A program made the position numbers and the translations under genes. Of a DNA stretch of 64,000 nt, positions 44,371 to 54,481 are shown piece by piece. Source of the DNA: an uncultured Gammaproteobacteria bacterium (GTDB lineage: Bacteria; Patescibacteriota; Microgenomatia; UBA12405); NCBI GenBank assembly GCA_964605545.1, contig CAZSCX010000001.1, forward strand, positions 16,148-80,147, written 5' to 3'. Position 1 is the first letter of the stretch. Every line of letters starts with the position of its first letter. The notes beneath the pieces were generated by a model. That model was not told where the DNA came from. It ran no database searches and saw nothing but the letters and a program-made list of their open reading frames with translations.

Positions 44371-46067
44371 AGGGGATAGTATAACATTTCAATGTATGCT
44401 TTGTTAATAGTTGAATTTGGGTTGATTTTGAGCTTATCTAGAAGCTCTTTAGCTGGTTGCGAAATAAACTCTATGTATGTTTTTTGATTATTGCCAATCA
44501 AATCATAATGAAAAATAACATTATCAAGTTGATATATGGTTCTCATCTTTGAGATTGTTTTGATACATTTTCCATACATATTTGTAAATTTATCCTTAAT
44601 ATCTGGGGTAATTTGGAATTCAAATTTTGGACGATTAATTTCGTTAGTACCGGTATTTGGTCCTTTATAGGCGAGAATTAAATCACCACTTTCTTCTCTA
44701 ATTCGAAGAGATTCACCGGTTTTTGCTAAATCTCTATCAAAGGGATTGTAGTAATAATCAACTTGTGGTGTTTTTAAAATACGATCAGCACCAATGTCTT
44801 CAAGATCTTTTTCGGTTAAATTGGTTTCAAATTTTTGTTGATATTCTTTTTTTCGTGAACGACTGGCTTCAATATTTGGCATATATTCATTATTGATTAC
44901 AAAATCGGCATTATTTATGGTTGTTTGAATGTATTTTTCGTGCATGGGTTCGACTATGGAAGAAAAATAAGACAGAATGTCTTGAGGTGAGAAGCTGGTG
45001 CGAGTAACGTCTCTCATAAGTCGACGAATAATGCGTCCATGGGTGCCGATATCGGTAAAGACTTTTATATCGGATTGATCTTTAATTTCGTTATTTAAAG
45101 CAAATAAACCTTCCAAAAATATTATTTTGGCTGGTTTAAGTCTATTTGGTTCCAATAATTCGCCTGTAAGCATTGAATAGTTTGGTTTTAAAATTGTTTC
45201 TCCATTTTTTAATGCAATCAAATGTTCCTTTATTAGAGAAATATTGACTACCTCTGGTTGATCATAATTTAAAGTAATACCAGTTTCTTTTTTGTACTCT
45301 TCCATGAATTTATTACCAAGGTAATAATCGTCCATGGTTAAAATAATGGAATCCTTTTTAAAATAATCATAAAGAAAATTGGCGATAGTAGTTTTACCTG
45401 AAGCGGAACCTCCAGCAAGGGCGACAATAATCGGTTCTTTACTTGTTTTGTTTGCCTTATCGATGAGTTCTATTAAATGACTAACGCCTTCTTCTTTTTG
45501 ATAGATTGGTACCGTAATTTCTATAAGGGGTTTGTTTTTTTCGATGGGGTTTTGATGAATTAAATATTTGTTTTTAAATTTTTCATCATAAGTGACTTCT
45601 TTATTTAGCCAAGAAGGAACAATAAAATTATTATTTTGTATCTCTGTTTCAAATTCAATTTCAGCAGTACAGAGACCTTCTAAATGATCATTATGGTAAA
45701 GATCTATTTCTATTGTTAAATCATTGTAGGGGAGAAGGTGGCGTGTTTTTTTGATAAGTGTTTTTTCTGGAGAAAGTGATTTTAATAGTTCATCATAAAT
45801 TGGTTTTGTCAAAATGGCTTCTTCTTCGATGCGTTTGTTGCCAGTACCTTTTTTGGTATATATATAATATTTATCGTTTTCATTTTGCCGAGATTCTTTT
45901 CGGAGACGGATTTCAGTATTAAAACTGGAATAAAGATATGTTTGTTCAATATCAATTTTTTGTAATTCGTCCAATTTAAAAGGTAAATTATTTGGATTTT
46001 CAATTAAGAATTTTCTTTCAATTTCGTAATGAATTAATTCTTTGGAAACATTTTGTTCTTTTGTCAT
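44367..46067 (-). CDS. CYTH domain - uridine kinase/PRK-family P-loop kinase - CYTH-like fusion protein
   Basis: N-terminal YEIERKFLI (ExExK CYTH signature) with later RLRK and EIEFETE strands. Central segment is [23 protein letters not shown]...NYDQPE. C-terminal beta-rich [16 protein letters not shown]...FEFQI. Confidence 0.65.
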   Translation of the reverse strand: MTKEQNVSKELIHYEIERKFLIENPNNLPFKLDELQKIDIEQTYLYSSFNTEIRLRKESRQNENDKYYIYTKKGTGNKRIEEEAILTKPIYDELLKSLSPEKTLIKKTRHLLPYNDLTIEIDLYHNDHLEGLCTAEIEFETEIQNNNFIVPSWLNKEVTYDEKFKNKYLIHQNPIEKNKPLIEITVPIYQKEEGVSHLIELIDKANKTSKEPIIVALAGGSASGKTTIANFLYDYFKKDSIILTMDDYYLGNKFMEEYKKETGITLNYDQPEVVNISLIKEHLIALKNGETILKPNYSMLTGELLEPNRLKPAKIIFLEGLFALNNEIKDQSDIKVFTDIGTHGRIIRRLMRDVTRTSFSPQDILSYFSSIVEPMHEKYIQTTINNADFVINNEYMPNIEASRSRKKEYQQKFETNLTEKDLEDIGADRILKTPQVDYYYNPFDRDLAKTGESLRIREESGDLILAYKGPNTGTNEINRPKFEFQITPDIKDKFTNMYGKCIKTISKMRTIYQLDNVIFHYDLIGNNQKTYIEFISQPAKELLDKLKINPNSTINKAYIEMLYYPL

Positions 46068-47302
46068 AATTTACTTAATAGTGATTCAAAAGTTGTGGTT
46101 TCTTGCTCTTTAGTTTTTAGATTTTTGAGGGTAACCGTACCATTTTTAGCTTCGTTTTCGCCTATAATTGCGATAAAATTTATACCAATACTGTCAGCAT
46201 AAGTAATTTGCTTACCAAGCTTATCGTTGGAAAAATAATAAGTTGAGGCGATGGAATTATTTCTTAATAGATTGAGTAATTCGATTTCTTTAGCTACTTG
46301 ACCAAAATTGGCAACCAAAATTTTGGTATTGGTTTTGGGAATATTTTCAATTAAATTTTGGTCTAAAATACAATCAACAAGTCGGTCAAGACAGAGGGAG
46401 GAGCCGACAGCTGGGATGTCTGGACCACCTAAAGATTTGACTAGATTGTCATAACGGCCACCACCAGTAATGGAACCAATTTTTGGTTCTTCTACATAAG
46501 TTTCAAAAATGGGACCAGTGTAATAATCAAGACCGCGAACGAGGGTAGGGTCGAAGGTAAAAGCAAAAGAAGGGACGCCAAAGTCAATAATTTTTTGAAA
46601 AACTTGATTTAGATAATCATCTGGCTGAGCTGTTTTGATATATTCGAAAATACTGTCAATTTGAGGTTGGGGTATACCTTTGTTAATGAGCTCTTTTTGT
46701 ACTCCATCTTGGCCTATTTTTTGGATTTTATCGAGAGTTTGAAGTACGGAATTCTTGTCTTTTTCGATGCCAGCAGAGGTTAAGAGATTGTTTAAAACAC
46801 TACGACTGTTTATTTTGATAGAGAACTTTTTGAAATTTAATTTAGTAAAAATGTTGTAGATAATAGCAATTATCTCGGCGTCACTGGTGGGGGAGTTGGA
46901 ACCAAAAATATCTATATCACACTGGGTAAATTCACGATAGCGACCTTTTTGGGTATTATCGGCTCGCCAAACTGGTTGAATTTGATAACGTTTAAAAGGT
47001 AGGGGTAAATTGTATGTAGATAGAACTCGGCTAGTAGGGACGGTGAGATCATAGCGCATACCAACATCACGACCACCTTTGTCTTTAAAAGAATAGACTA
47101 ATTTGTCTCCCTCAGCGCCATATTTTCCCATCAAAACAGATGAATATTCTAGAGTTGGTGTTTCAAGGGGTTCGAACCCAAAAAGTTCAAAAGCTTCAAT
47201 ACAAATATTTTTGACCATGTTTCGGACTGCCATTTGTGATGGCAGAAAATCACGAAAACCTTTGAGTGTTGTACTTTTATCAGACATAGCTAATTTTATC
47301 AT
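46064..47302 (-). CDS. hisS: histidine--tRNA ligase
   Basis: Class II motifs LKGFRDFLP, RYQIQPVWRAD and GGGRYDNLV. Its 4-nt overlap with the upstream gene suggests coupling. Confidence 0.9.
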   Translation of the reverse strand: MIKLAMSDKSTTLKGFRDFLPSQMAVRNMVKNICIEAFELFGFEPLETPTLEYSSVLMGKYGAEGDKLVYSFKDKGGRDVGMRYDLTVPTSRVLSTYNLPLPFKRYQIQPVWRADNTQKGRYREFTQCDIDIFGSNSPTSDAEIIAIIYNIFTKLNFKKFSIKINSRSVLNNLLTSAGIEKDKNSVLQTLDKIQKIGQDGVQKELINKGIPQPQIDSIFEYIKTAQPDDYLNQVFQKIIDFGVPSFAFTFDPTLVRGLDYYTGPIFETYVEEPKIGSITGGGRYDNLVKSLGGPDIPAVGSSLCLDRLVDCILDQNLIENIPKTNTKILVANFGQVAKEIELLNLLRNNSIASTYYFSNDKLGKQITYADSIGINFIAIIGENEAKNGTVTLKNLKTKEQETTTFESLLSKL

Positions 47303-47323
47303 TTATGGGTTAAAATAGAGCAA

Positions 47324-48070
47324 ATGAGAGTGAGGGTAATAAAGACAGAAAAGGTGACGGAAAAAAATAAAGGATTATTAAATTTTGTGGATAAATATAT
47401 AAAGAGATTGGAAGAAAAATCGGTGGTAGTGATTACTTCAAAGGTAATATCAATTTTAGAAGGAAGAATAATGCGAAAAGAAGGAATTCCAAAAGCGGAT
47501 TTGATTGCCAATGAAAGTGATCAGTATTTGATTTATACCAATAATTATTGTCATCATGAATTTACTTTGTCGATTAAAGAAGATTTGTTGATTCCAAACG
47601 CTGGAATAGATGAGTCAAATGCTTTTGGTCATTATATTTTATGGCCGAAAGATCCATATAATACGGCAAAAATATTGTGGAAATATTGGCGGAATAAATT
47701 TAAAATAAAAAAATTAGGGGTGATAATTACCGATAGCAAGACGACACCTTTGCGATGGGGAACGACAGGGGTCAGTATTGGCTATTGTGGTTTTGATGGC
47801 TTAAACAATTATATTGGCAAAAAAGATATTTTTAAAAAGAAAATGACAATCACAAAGGCAAATATTGCCGACGGATTGGCGGCGGCGGCGGTGGTGGCGA
47901 TGGGAGAGGGCAAAGAGCAGACGCCGATAGCGATAATTACTGATTTTGAGAAAGTTAAATTTAAAAAGACAGCGACTAACAAAAGAGAGAGGAAAAATTT
48001 TAGTATTCCGATGGAAGAGGATATCTATTCACCACTACTTTTGGGGGTGAAATGGATGAAGAAGAAATAA
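47324..48070 (+). CDS. CofE-like (F420-0:gamma-glutamyl ligase family) protein
   Basis: VIITDSKTTPLRWGTTGVSIGYCGF and ADGLAAAAVVAMGEG resemble the CofE/nitroreductase-like fold. Confidence 0.5.
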   Translation: MRVRVIKTEKVTEKNKGLLNFVDKYIKRLEEKSVVVITSKVISILEGRIMRKEGIPKADLIANESDQYLIYTNNYCHHEFTLSIKEDLLIPNAGIDESNAFGHYILWPKDPYNTAKILWKYWRNKFKIKKLGVIITDSKTTPLRWGTTGVSIGYCGFDGLNNYIGKKDIFKKKMTITKANIADGLAAAAVVAMGEGKEQTPIAIITDFEKVKFKKTATNKRERKNFSIPMEEDIYSPLLLGVKWMKKK

Positions 48071-48076
48071 TTTTGG

Positions 48077-48152
48077 GGGTGAGTAACCGGACTTGAACCG
48101 GCAACCTTCTGCTCCACAGGCAGACGCTCTAACCAATTGAGCTATACCCACC
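48077..48152 (-). tRNA. tRNA-His (anticodon GTG) with genomically encoded G(-1)
   Basis: Reverse complement reads G-GTGGGTA-TA-GCTC-AATTGGTTA-GAGC-G-TCTGC-CTGTGGA-GCAGA-AGGTT-GCCGG-TTCAAGT-CCGGT-TACTCAC-C. The cloverleaf is intact, the anticodon loop is CU-GUG-GA, and an extra 5' G pairs with the discriminator C. CCA is not encoded. Confidence 0.85.
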
Positions 48153-48259
48153 AAGTAAAATTTCAATTTTCAATTTTCAAATATCAAAAAGGAATTAAGT
48201 CATTTTAGCCAAAAAGAGGGGAATTATCAAGGTTTTAGAATTTTGCTATACTACAAGAA

Positions 48260-48910
48260 GTGGTAATAAAAAAGATAGCGATTAAATTAAATTTGGATGG
48301 AGGGAGAATTGATAAGTTGGAAATTGGGGGAAATAAAATATTGGATAGATTTGAGAGAATTGATGGCAAAATTGGAAGTACTCATATTTGTATACCAAAT
48401 TTCGGTGGTGAGCTAAGTGAATATGGATTACCGTTTCATGGATATGCCAGAAATGAAAAATGGGAAATTTTGGAAGAAAGAGACAATTTTATAAAGATAA
48501 GGTATTTGATGAAGAACAAGGATTTGTATCCGACAAATTTGGAAATAATTCAGACATTTGATTTTGAGAAGAAATTTATTCATAAAGTGATGGTAAAGAA
48601 TATTGGAGAAAGAAAAGCGCCAATTAATATTGCGATTCATTATTATTTTAATATGCCATATGGTTGGCAAGATTTGAAAATTAATGGAGAAGAGGTAAGA
48701 AGGATTGTTGAAAAAGATAGCGAAATTATGGCAAGAAAAAATAATGTAATTACTGATGAAAAAAGAACTATTATTATGGAAACTAAAAATGTACGAGATT
48801 TACATTTATGGAGTGGGGGAAATCAGAATTTTTGTTGTATTGAGCCGGTAATGGGTATGAGAGATGTTGGAATAAATGAGGAAATTGAAATGATTATTGG
48901 ACTCGAGTAA
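48260..48910 (+). CDS. aldose 1-epimerase (galactose mutarotase)-like family protein
   Basis: HICIPNFGGE...YGLPFHGYARNEKWEI is a mutarotase-like motif. Confidence 0.45.
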   Translation: MVIKKIAIKLNLDGGRIDKLEIGGNKILDRFERIDGKIGSTHICIPNFGGELSEYGLPFHGYARNEKWEILEERDNFIKIRYLMKNKDLYPTNLEIIQTFDFEKKFIHKVMVKNIGERKAPINIAIHYYFNMPYGWQDLKINGEEVRRIVEKDSEIMARKNNVITDEKRTIIMETKNVRDLHLWSGGNQNFCCIEPVMGMRDVGINEEIEMIIGLE

Positions 48911-49901
48911 AAATCTTGACGGCAACAAATGATTTAGGATTTTTAGGATCTGGAAGGAGAGAAGCAATAACTTTATCACCAATTTTTAATTCTTTATTTT
49001 CGGTAGAAACTTGATATTGGATATCTTTGTTTTTGTTTGGAATAATTGTTATTACAGAAGCTTCTTGGGAAATATCGGCAATAGTTCCGGAAACAACTTG
49101 ATAATTTTTTATAATGTCTTTGGAATTTACAATTAAAATTCTGGAAGTTTGGAGAGTGTCGTTGGTAGGATCATAGGTTCCCATAGCCAAAATAGTTTGG
49201 TTGGTTTTTAGAGTATTGGCTTTAATTTTGGTTTTCTTTTCGTTAATAACAGTAACATCTTTACTAAGTTCCAATTTGTAAGTCAGATCATTTTTTTCGA
49301 TGGTAATTTTTTGATCATCAATTTGAATAATATTACCCCAAAAAGCTTTTTTATTGTCTGCGGCCAGATTGACTTTGGCTTGTTCCTTAAATTTTTCTCT
49401 TAAATTTTGAATTTCATCTGATTCTTGGGCAAAAACAGGTTTAAAAATTTTTTGAATTAAGAAAACTTGAGCTGAAGAGTAGGTGATGGTTAAATCAACA
49501 TCAGTCTGATTGTCTTGTAAATCAAAAGAACTGATTTGGATTTCGTTGACACCGGCTTCAAGTTTGACTGCTTGAGAAAAGCTACCGTTTTCGTCGGCTT
49601 GAGTATTATAAGAAGTAACCGGAGTGTTGATAATAATTTGAGCTTTTGGAGAGCTGCTACCGGTAATAGTGATGGAAGAATTACTTACCAGCGTATTATC
49701 TAAAGGTTGAAAAATGGTTAGATCGGTTTTTTGAGGAGTATCGGTTGGAGCAGTTGATGGAGTAATTTCTGGAGTTTCTGTTGGGGTGGGTTGATTGACA
49801 CTAATTTTATGTTTTCCCTTATTTATGGTGTAATATCCTCCAGTTAAAACTATACCAAAGAGAGAACCGAGGATAATGGCTAGGAGAACATTTTTGAACA
49901 T
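48894..49901 (-). CDS. hypothetical membrane-anchored Thr/Pro-rich secreted protein
   Basis: N-terminal TM helix, a PTPTETPEITPSTAPTDTP linker and a beta-rich remainder. Confidence 0.35.
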   Translation of the reverse strand: MFKNVLLAIILGSLFGIVLTGGYYTINKGKHKISVNQPTPTETPEITPSTAPTDTPQKTDLTIFQPLDNTLVSNSSITITGSSSPKAQIIINTPVTSYNTQADENGSFSQAVKLEAGVNEIQISSFDLQDNQTDVDLTITYSSAQVFLIQKIFKPVFAQESDEIQNLREKFKEQAKVNLAADNKKAFWGNIIQIDDQKITIEKNDLTYKLELSKDVTVINEKKTKIKANTLKTNQTILAMGTYDPTNDTLQTSRILIVNSKDIIKNYQVVSGTIADISQEASVITIIPNKNKDIQYQVSTENKELKIGDKVIASLLPDPKNPKSFVAVKIFTRVQ

Positions 49902-49932
49902 GTATTGATTTTATCATAAAGCAATAGAATCA

Positions 49933-50514
49933 ATGATAAAATTAGCTACTATGGAAATTAAATATCAAGGCCAACAAACAATCATATTAAAAAGTAAAAA
50001 AGAAAATGTTGTGATTGATCCCCAAAAAGGCGGAGCTCAAATTGATTCGCGAATTATCGTTTTTACCGATAAAGAATTAAATTATTTTGGATTAAATGAA
50101 GAAAAAGTGATTATTGCCGGTCCAGGTGAATATGAAATCGGGGGAGTGGAAATAAAAGGATTTAAAGCAGGAGACAATAAATTGATGTATGTGATTGAAA
50201 ATGAAGGGTTAATTGTTGGAGTATTAGGTGAAATTGAAGAAATGTTGGAAGAAAAGCAAATTGAAAGAATTAATGGTATTGATGTTTTGATAGTAAATAT
50301 CGATGAGTGCAAAATTAAAGGAAAAATGTTTCTTGATTTAGCAAAAAAATGGGGAGCTAATTATTTGATACCTGTGGGATATAAAAAAGATGGTGATTCT
50401 TTAAAGAAATTTTTGGATGAAGTTGATGAGGAAGGATTGGAAGCAATAGAAAGTTTAAAAATAGATCGAGATAACCTGCCTGATGGTTTAGAGGTTATAA
50501 TACTGCAATGTTGA
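49933..50514 (+). CDS. hypothetical protein (193 aa)
   Basis: Intact ORF; there is no HxHxDH motif, so an MBL-fold call is not supported. Confidence 0.3.
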   Translation: MIKLATMEIKYQGQQTIILKSKKENVVIDPQKGGAQIDSRIIVFTDKELNYFGLNEEKVIIAGPGEYEIGGVEIKGFKAGDNKLMYVIENEGLIVGVLGEIEEMLEEKQIERINGIDVLIVNIDECKIKGKMFLDLAKKWGANYLIPVGYKKDGDSLKKFLDEVDEEGLEAIESLKIDRDNLPDGLEVIILQC

Positions 50515-51803
50515 GATTACCACCAAATTCATCTGAGGCAGAGGTATGTGTTTTAGGTTCTATATTGATAGATAATGATGCAGTTTTGGCAGTAACTGAT
50601 TTTTTGAGACCGGAACATTTTTATGAGGAAGCAAATGGTAAGGTCTATGAGGCGATGATGTATTTGTTTGAAAATAGAAGTCCAATTGATATTGTGACCG
50701 TGGCCGAGAAACTAAAAGAAATGAAAGCATTAAAAAAGGTTGGTGGTAAGGCATTTTTAGTGAAATTAGCCAACGAGGTACCGACAGCGGCCAATGTGGC
50801 CAGTTATGGAAAAATAATTAAATCTTTATCGGCAAAAAGGGAATTAATAAGTGCGGCGGCAAGAATTACCGATAAAGCTTTTGATGAAAGTTTACCTTCG
50901 GATCAATTATTGGATATGGCAGAACAGGAAGTATTTTCTTTATCACAAAGGCATGTAAAAAATTCACCCTCTTCTCTTAAAGAAGTATTGACGGCAAGTT
51001 TTGATAGATTGGATGAGTTACAAAAATTGGGGTCGGGGTTAAGAGGTGTACCGACGGGTTTTGCATCTTTAGATAGGATGTTGGCCGGTATGCAAAATAG
51101 CAATTTATTGATCTTGGCGGCAAGACCAGGGGTAGGAAAGACGGCTTTTGCTTTGAATATTGCTCGTCATACAGCAGTAGAAGAAAAATTACCAACAGCA
51201 ATTTTTTCTTTGGAAATGAGCAAGGAAGAATTGGTTGATCGTCTTTTGGTGAGACAGGGTTTAATAGATGCTTGGAAATTAAAAACGGGTCAATTATCCG
51301 ATGATGATTTTGCCTCTTTATCTGAAGCCATGGGTATTTTAGCTGAAGCTCCACTCTATATTGACGATACACCGGGATTGACAGTAACAGAGTTGAGGAC
51401 TAAAGCAAGAAGATTACAGTTGGATAAGGGTATCAAATTTATTATTGTTGATTATTTACAATTAATGCATGGGAATACTCGAGATAATAGGGTACAGGAG
51501 GTTTCAGAAATTTCTCAGGGTTTAAAAAATTTGGCAAGAGAATTAAAAATTCCAATTTTGGCGGCAGCGCAATTATCAAGAGCAATGGAAGCAAGAGGAG
51601 GTCGACCGAGGTTGTCTGATCTTCGGGAATCGGGTAGTATCGAACAGGATGCCGATGTAGTGATGTTTTTACATCGTGAAGATGAGGAAGTGCGCGAGAT
51701 GGTGGCTTTGTCAATTGAAAAACACAGAAATGGCCCTACTGGTCAAATGAATCTTTACTTTAATGGAAAACAGGTAAGTTTCTTTGATGTGGAGAAGAAA
51801 TAG
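50508..51803 (+). CDS. dnaB: replicative DNA helicase DnaB
   Basis: N-terminal LPPNSSEAEVCVLGSILIDNDAV, Walker A LILAARPGVGKTAFALNIA, and RecA-like motifs (IIVDYLQLM, ELKIPILAAAQLSR). Confidence 0.9.
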   Translation: MLRLPPNSSEAEVCVLGSILIDNDAVLAVTDFLRPEHFYEEANGKVYEAMMYLFENRSPIDIVTVAEKLKEMKALKKVGGKAFLVKLANEVPTAANVASYGKIIKSLSAKRELISAAARITDKAFDESLPSDQLLDMAEQEVFSLSQRHVKNSPSSLKEVLTASFDRLDELQKLGSGLRGVPTGFASLDRMLAGMQNSNLLILAARPGVGKTAFALNIARHTAVEEKLPTAIFSLEMSKEELVDRLLVRQGLIDAWKLKTGQLSDDDFASLSEAMGILAEAPLYIDDTPGLTVTELRTKARRLQLDKGIKFIIVDYLQLMHGNTRDNRVQEVSEISQGLKNLARELKIPILAAAQLSRAMEARGGRPRLSDLRESGSIEQDADVVMFLHREDEEVREMVALSIEKHRNGPTGQMNLYFNGKQVSFFDVEKK

Positions 51804-51804
51804 G

Positions 51805-51888
51805 TGCCGAAAGAGGGAATCGAACCCCCATGGTGTTGCCACCACACGATTTTGAGTCGTGCGCGTCTGCCAGTTCCGCCATTTCGGC
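51805..51888 (-). tRNA. tRNA-Leu (anticodon CAA), long variable arm
   Basis: Reverse complement GCCGAAA-TG-GCGG-AACTGGCAGA-CGC...CTCAAAA...GGTTCGATTCCC...TTTCGGC-A. It is 84 nt with a type II variable arm and a GGTTCGATTCC T-loop. Confidence 0.85.
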
Positions 51889-51916
51889 TAATATCAGTGT
51901 TATTATACAATAAGAT

Positions 51917-52534
51917 ATGTACTTATTATTCTTGTTAATAGCGGTTTTGTTTTTTTTATACGGTTCTTGGAAGGCGTTAAAAGAAGATTTTGCCAGCCAG
52001 GAAGTGCTTGGTTTTACTTGGCAATTAATATTGGGAATGATATTGATTAGTCGAATTGCCGGTGGAGATTGGAGAGATGGTCCTTGGTGGCAGATTTTAG
52101 CAATTTGGAATCCGATGAAAGTAAATTATTTTGTCGGTTTATTGGGGGGGATTTTAATTAGTGCTTTTTTTGCCAAACAAAAAAAATGGAAATTATGGGT
52201 TTTGCTAGAAGATATTAGTGCTAGTTTTTTAATTTTTTTGCTAGTTATGTATTTGGGTCAAATTTTTCAATTGTATTCTATTTTTTTGTTAATTAGAATT
52301 TTAATTCTTGTTGTAGGTTTGTTTTTAGCTTCATATTGGATGAAGAAATATCGTTCTTTTATTTGGTACCGAAGCGGAAAAAAAGGTTTTGTATTTTTTG
52401 CCTTATGTACGGTTCTTTTCTTTTTGATGGCTTTAAGTTCTTTTTTCCTAAATAATGGGCAAATAATGTCTTATTTGTACTTAATTGTTAGTTTGCTTTC
52501 CGGAGTGGGATTGTATATCCTGGGTAAGGTATGA
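51917..52534 (+). CDS. hypothetical polytopic membrane protein
   Basis: Multiple hydrophobic helices. Confidence 0.35.
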   Translation: MYLLFLLIAVLFFLYGSWKALKEDFASQEVLGFTWQLILGMILISRIAGGDWRDGPWWQILAIWNPMKVNYFVGLLGGILISAFFAKQKKWKLWVLLEDISASFLIFLLVMYLGQIFQLYSIFLLIRILILVVGLFLASYWMKKYRSFIWYRSGKKGFVFFALCTVLFFLMALSSFFLNNGQIMSYLYLIVSLLSGVGLYILGKV

Positions 52535-52899
52535 AGAAAGATATATTAAGGTTTCCAAGAAATATAGTGGATCCTATTAGAATTTTTTTGGAAAGAGAAA
52601 TAGTTCGTTTGAAAAGGACAAAAAAAAGAATAAGTAAAAGTGATCCTTTTGCGGACAATACCAGAATAGAAGAAAATTCACTAGAAGAAGACGTTGACGA
52701 ACAAATAGGTCATTTTGATAGTCAAGTAAAAGCAAAGTTTATGGATAAGCAAATTGTCCAATTGAGAAAAACTTTAACGATGATTAAATTAGGTAGATAT
52801 GGTATTTGCGAGAAATGCGGTAAAATGATTGATACAGATAGGTTGGCGGCTAAACCGGATGCAACAATTTGTATTAAGTGTGAGAGAGAAAGAGAATAA
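52531..52899 (+). CDS. DksA/TraR-family C4 zinc-finger protein
   Basis: C-terminal CEKCGKMIDTDRLAAKPDATICIKCERE. Confidence 0.6.
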   Translation: MKKDILRFPRNIVDPIRIFLEREIVRLKRTKKRISKSDPFADNTRIEENSLEEDVDEQIGHFDSQVKAKFMDKQIVQLRKTLTMIKLGRYGICEKCGKMIDTDRLAAKPDATICIKCERERE

Positions 52900-52902
52900 A
52901 AA

Positions 52903-53097
52903 ATGGAAATAATTGCCCTGATATTTATTTTGATAGGTGGAGGATTAAATACTTATGAGAGAATTAGGTGGGGTTTTGTGCATGATTATTGGAATTTTTT
53001 GGGGTTAGGCATATATAATAATATTAACGATTGGTTGATCGGAATCGGATTAATTTTATATTTTATAGCAGTATGGAAAAAGAAAAAATTAAGATAA
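52903..53097 (+). CDS. small hydrophobic protein (64 aa)
   Basis: Two predicted TM segments; could be spurious. Confidence 0.2.
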   Translation: MEIIALIFILIGGGLNTYERIRWGFVHDYWNFLGLGIYNNINDWLIGIGLILYFIAVWKKKKLR

Positions 53098-53702
53098 TTT
53101 TTGAAAATGAGGATTTTTTGGTTTTGGATAAACCGGCCGGTTGGGTGACGACCAAGGAAAATAATAAAGCGGAAAAAAATATGGAAAAATGGTTGGAAAT
53201 TAATAGAAAAAATGATTTACCAAGAAATGGTATTGTTCATCGATTAGATAAGGGGACGAGTGGGGTTTTGATAGTAGCCAAAAATTTGAAAACTCTAGAT
53301 TATTTGAAAGATAAATTTAAAAAAAGAAAAATAATAAAAAAATATACTGCTTTGGTAGAAGGTGATTTGCCATTAGTAGGGGAGATGAATTTGCCAATTG
53401 ATAGGTCAAAATATAGTTTTGGAAAATTTAAGGTAAGCGAAGAAGGGAAAAAAGCTTTAACTAAATTTAGAGTATTGAAGAAAATCCAAAAGGAGGGAAA
53501 AACTGTAAGTTTGGTCGATATTGATCTTTTAACGGGGCGAACCCATCAAATTAGGGTTCATTTTTCTTATTTAGGATGGCCGATAGTAGGTGATGTTTTA
53601 TATGGAAGTAAGGATAAGAGTTTAGGGAGACCGATTTTACATTGTCGGGAAATTAGTTTCGACGATTATCATTTTATTAGTCCCTATGAAGAGGAGTCGT
53701 GA
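53073..53702 (+). CDS. RluA-family pseudouridine synthase
   Basis: HRLDKGTSGVLIVAKN catalytic-Asp motif and GRTHQIRVH. The start is placed at MEKEKIKIIFENEDFLVLDKPAG. Confidence 0.8.
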   Translation: MEKEKIKIIFENEDFLVLDKPAGWVTTKENNKAEKNMEKWLEINRKNDLPRNGIVHRLDKGTSGVLIVAKNLKTLDYLKDKFKKRKIIKKYTALVEGDLPLVGEMNLPIDRSKYSFGKFKVSEEGKKALTKFRVLKKIQKEGKTVSLVDIDLLTGRTHQIRVHFSYLGWPIVGDVLYGSKDKSLGRPILHCREISFDDYHFISPYEEES

Positions 53703-54480
53703 TAAGGTAACCAAATTTGCTTGGTATTTTTTAGGGGGATTTATGATTTTATTGTTGCTGGCTTTTTTTTGGCGTGATTATAGATGGGATGGGAAAAAAG
53801 ATATTAGAATTGGAATGATTGACGATGAGGGTTTAATAGTGATGGTGATTTCACCAACCAGAAGAATGATAAATAAATTAATAACGGTTAAAAATACACC
53901 TATTTGGGTAAGTGGTGGTTATGGATATTACGAGGCGGAAAAAGTAAAAAAATTATTATTGCAGGAAAAAAAAGAAAATTTAATTAAGGAGATATTTTTT
54001 TATAATTTTGGTGTGATGGTAGATAAAATTGAGTGGAATAAAAAAGAAATAAGCCCAGATTTATTGGGAATTATTGGTTATATACGTTTTCGTTTAAGCG
54101 AAGAAAATTATTTGAATAATATTGAATATTTAACGACCAGCAAAGAGGACAATGAAAGAATTTTGGATGAGGTGGCGGTGAGAGATTTGGCAGATAGTAG
54201 TTTGTTGGAAGAAAATATGAAGGTAAATGTTTATAATAGCAGTGATGTTTCCGGTTTGGCTGGTTTTTTGGGTAAAAGATTAGATTGGATGGGCTTAACG
54301 GTTATTGGAATTAATAATTCGATAATTAAAGAAGATTTTTTTTGTCGGATAGTGAGTGGCGGGGAATTGAAAATTAAATTTATTTGGAACTGCGAAAAAA
54401 TTGTTGATAAGAATTTAAATATTGATGAATTGGAAATTTATTTTGGCGAAAATTTCGCCAAGATGTTACAATACTTCTGA
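53686..54480 (+). CDS. membrane-anchored protein with LytR_C-like C-terminal domain
   Basis: N-terminal TM helix; the C-terminal VNVYNSSDVSGLAGFLGKRLDWMGLTVIGINN resembles LytR_C. Confidence 0.45.
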   Translation: MKRSRDKVTKFAWYFLGGFMILLLLAFFWRDYRWDGKKDIRIGMIDDEGLIVMVISPTRRMINKLITVKNTPIWVSGGYGYYEAEKVKKLLLQEKKENLIKEIFFYNFGVMVDKIEWNKKEISPDLLGIIGYIRFRLSEENYLNNIEYLTTSKEDNERILDEVAVRDLADSSLLEENMKVNVYNSSDVSGLAGFLGKRLDWMGLTVIGINNSIIKEDFFCRIVSGGELKIKFIWNCEKIVDKNLNIDELEIYFGENFAKMLQYF

Positions 54481-54481
54481 T

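Noticed and set aside
48171-48200. Tandem heptamer ttcaatt-ttcaatt-ttcaaat downstream of tRNA-His.
   Set aside because: Three copies of an AT-rich 7-mer in an AT-rich spacer; too short to call a functional repeat.
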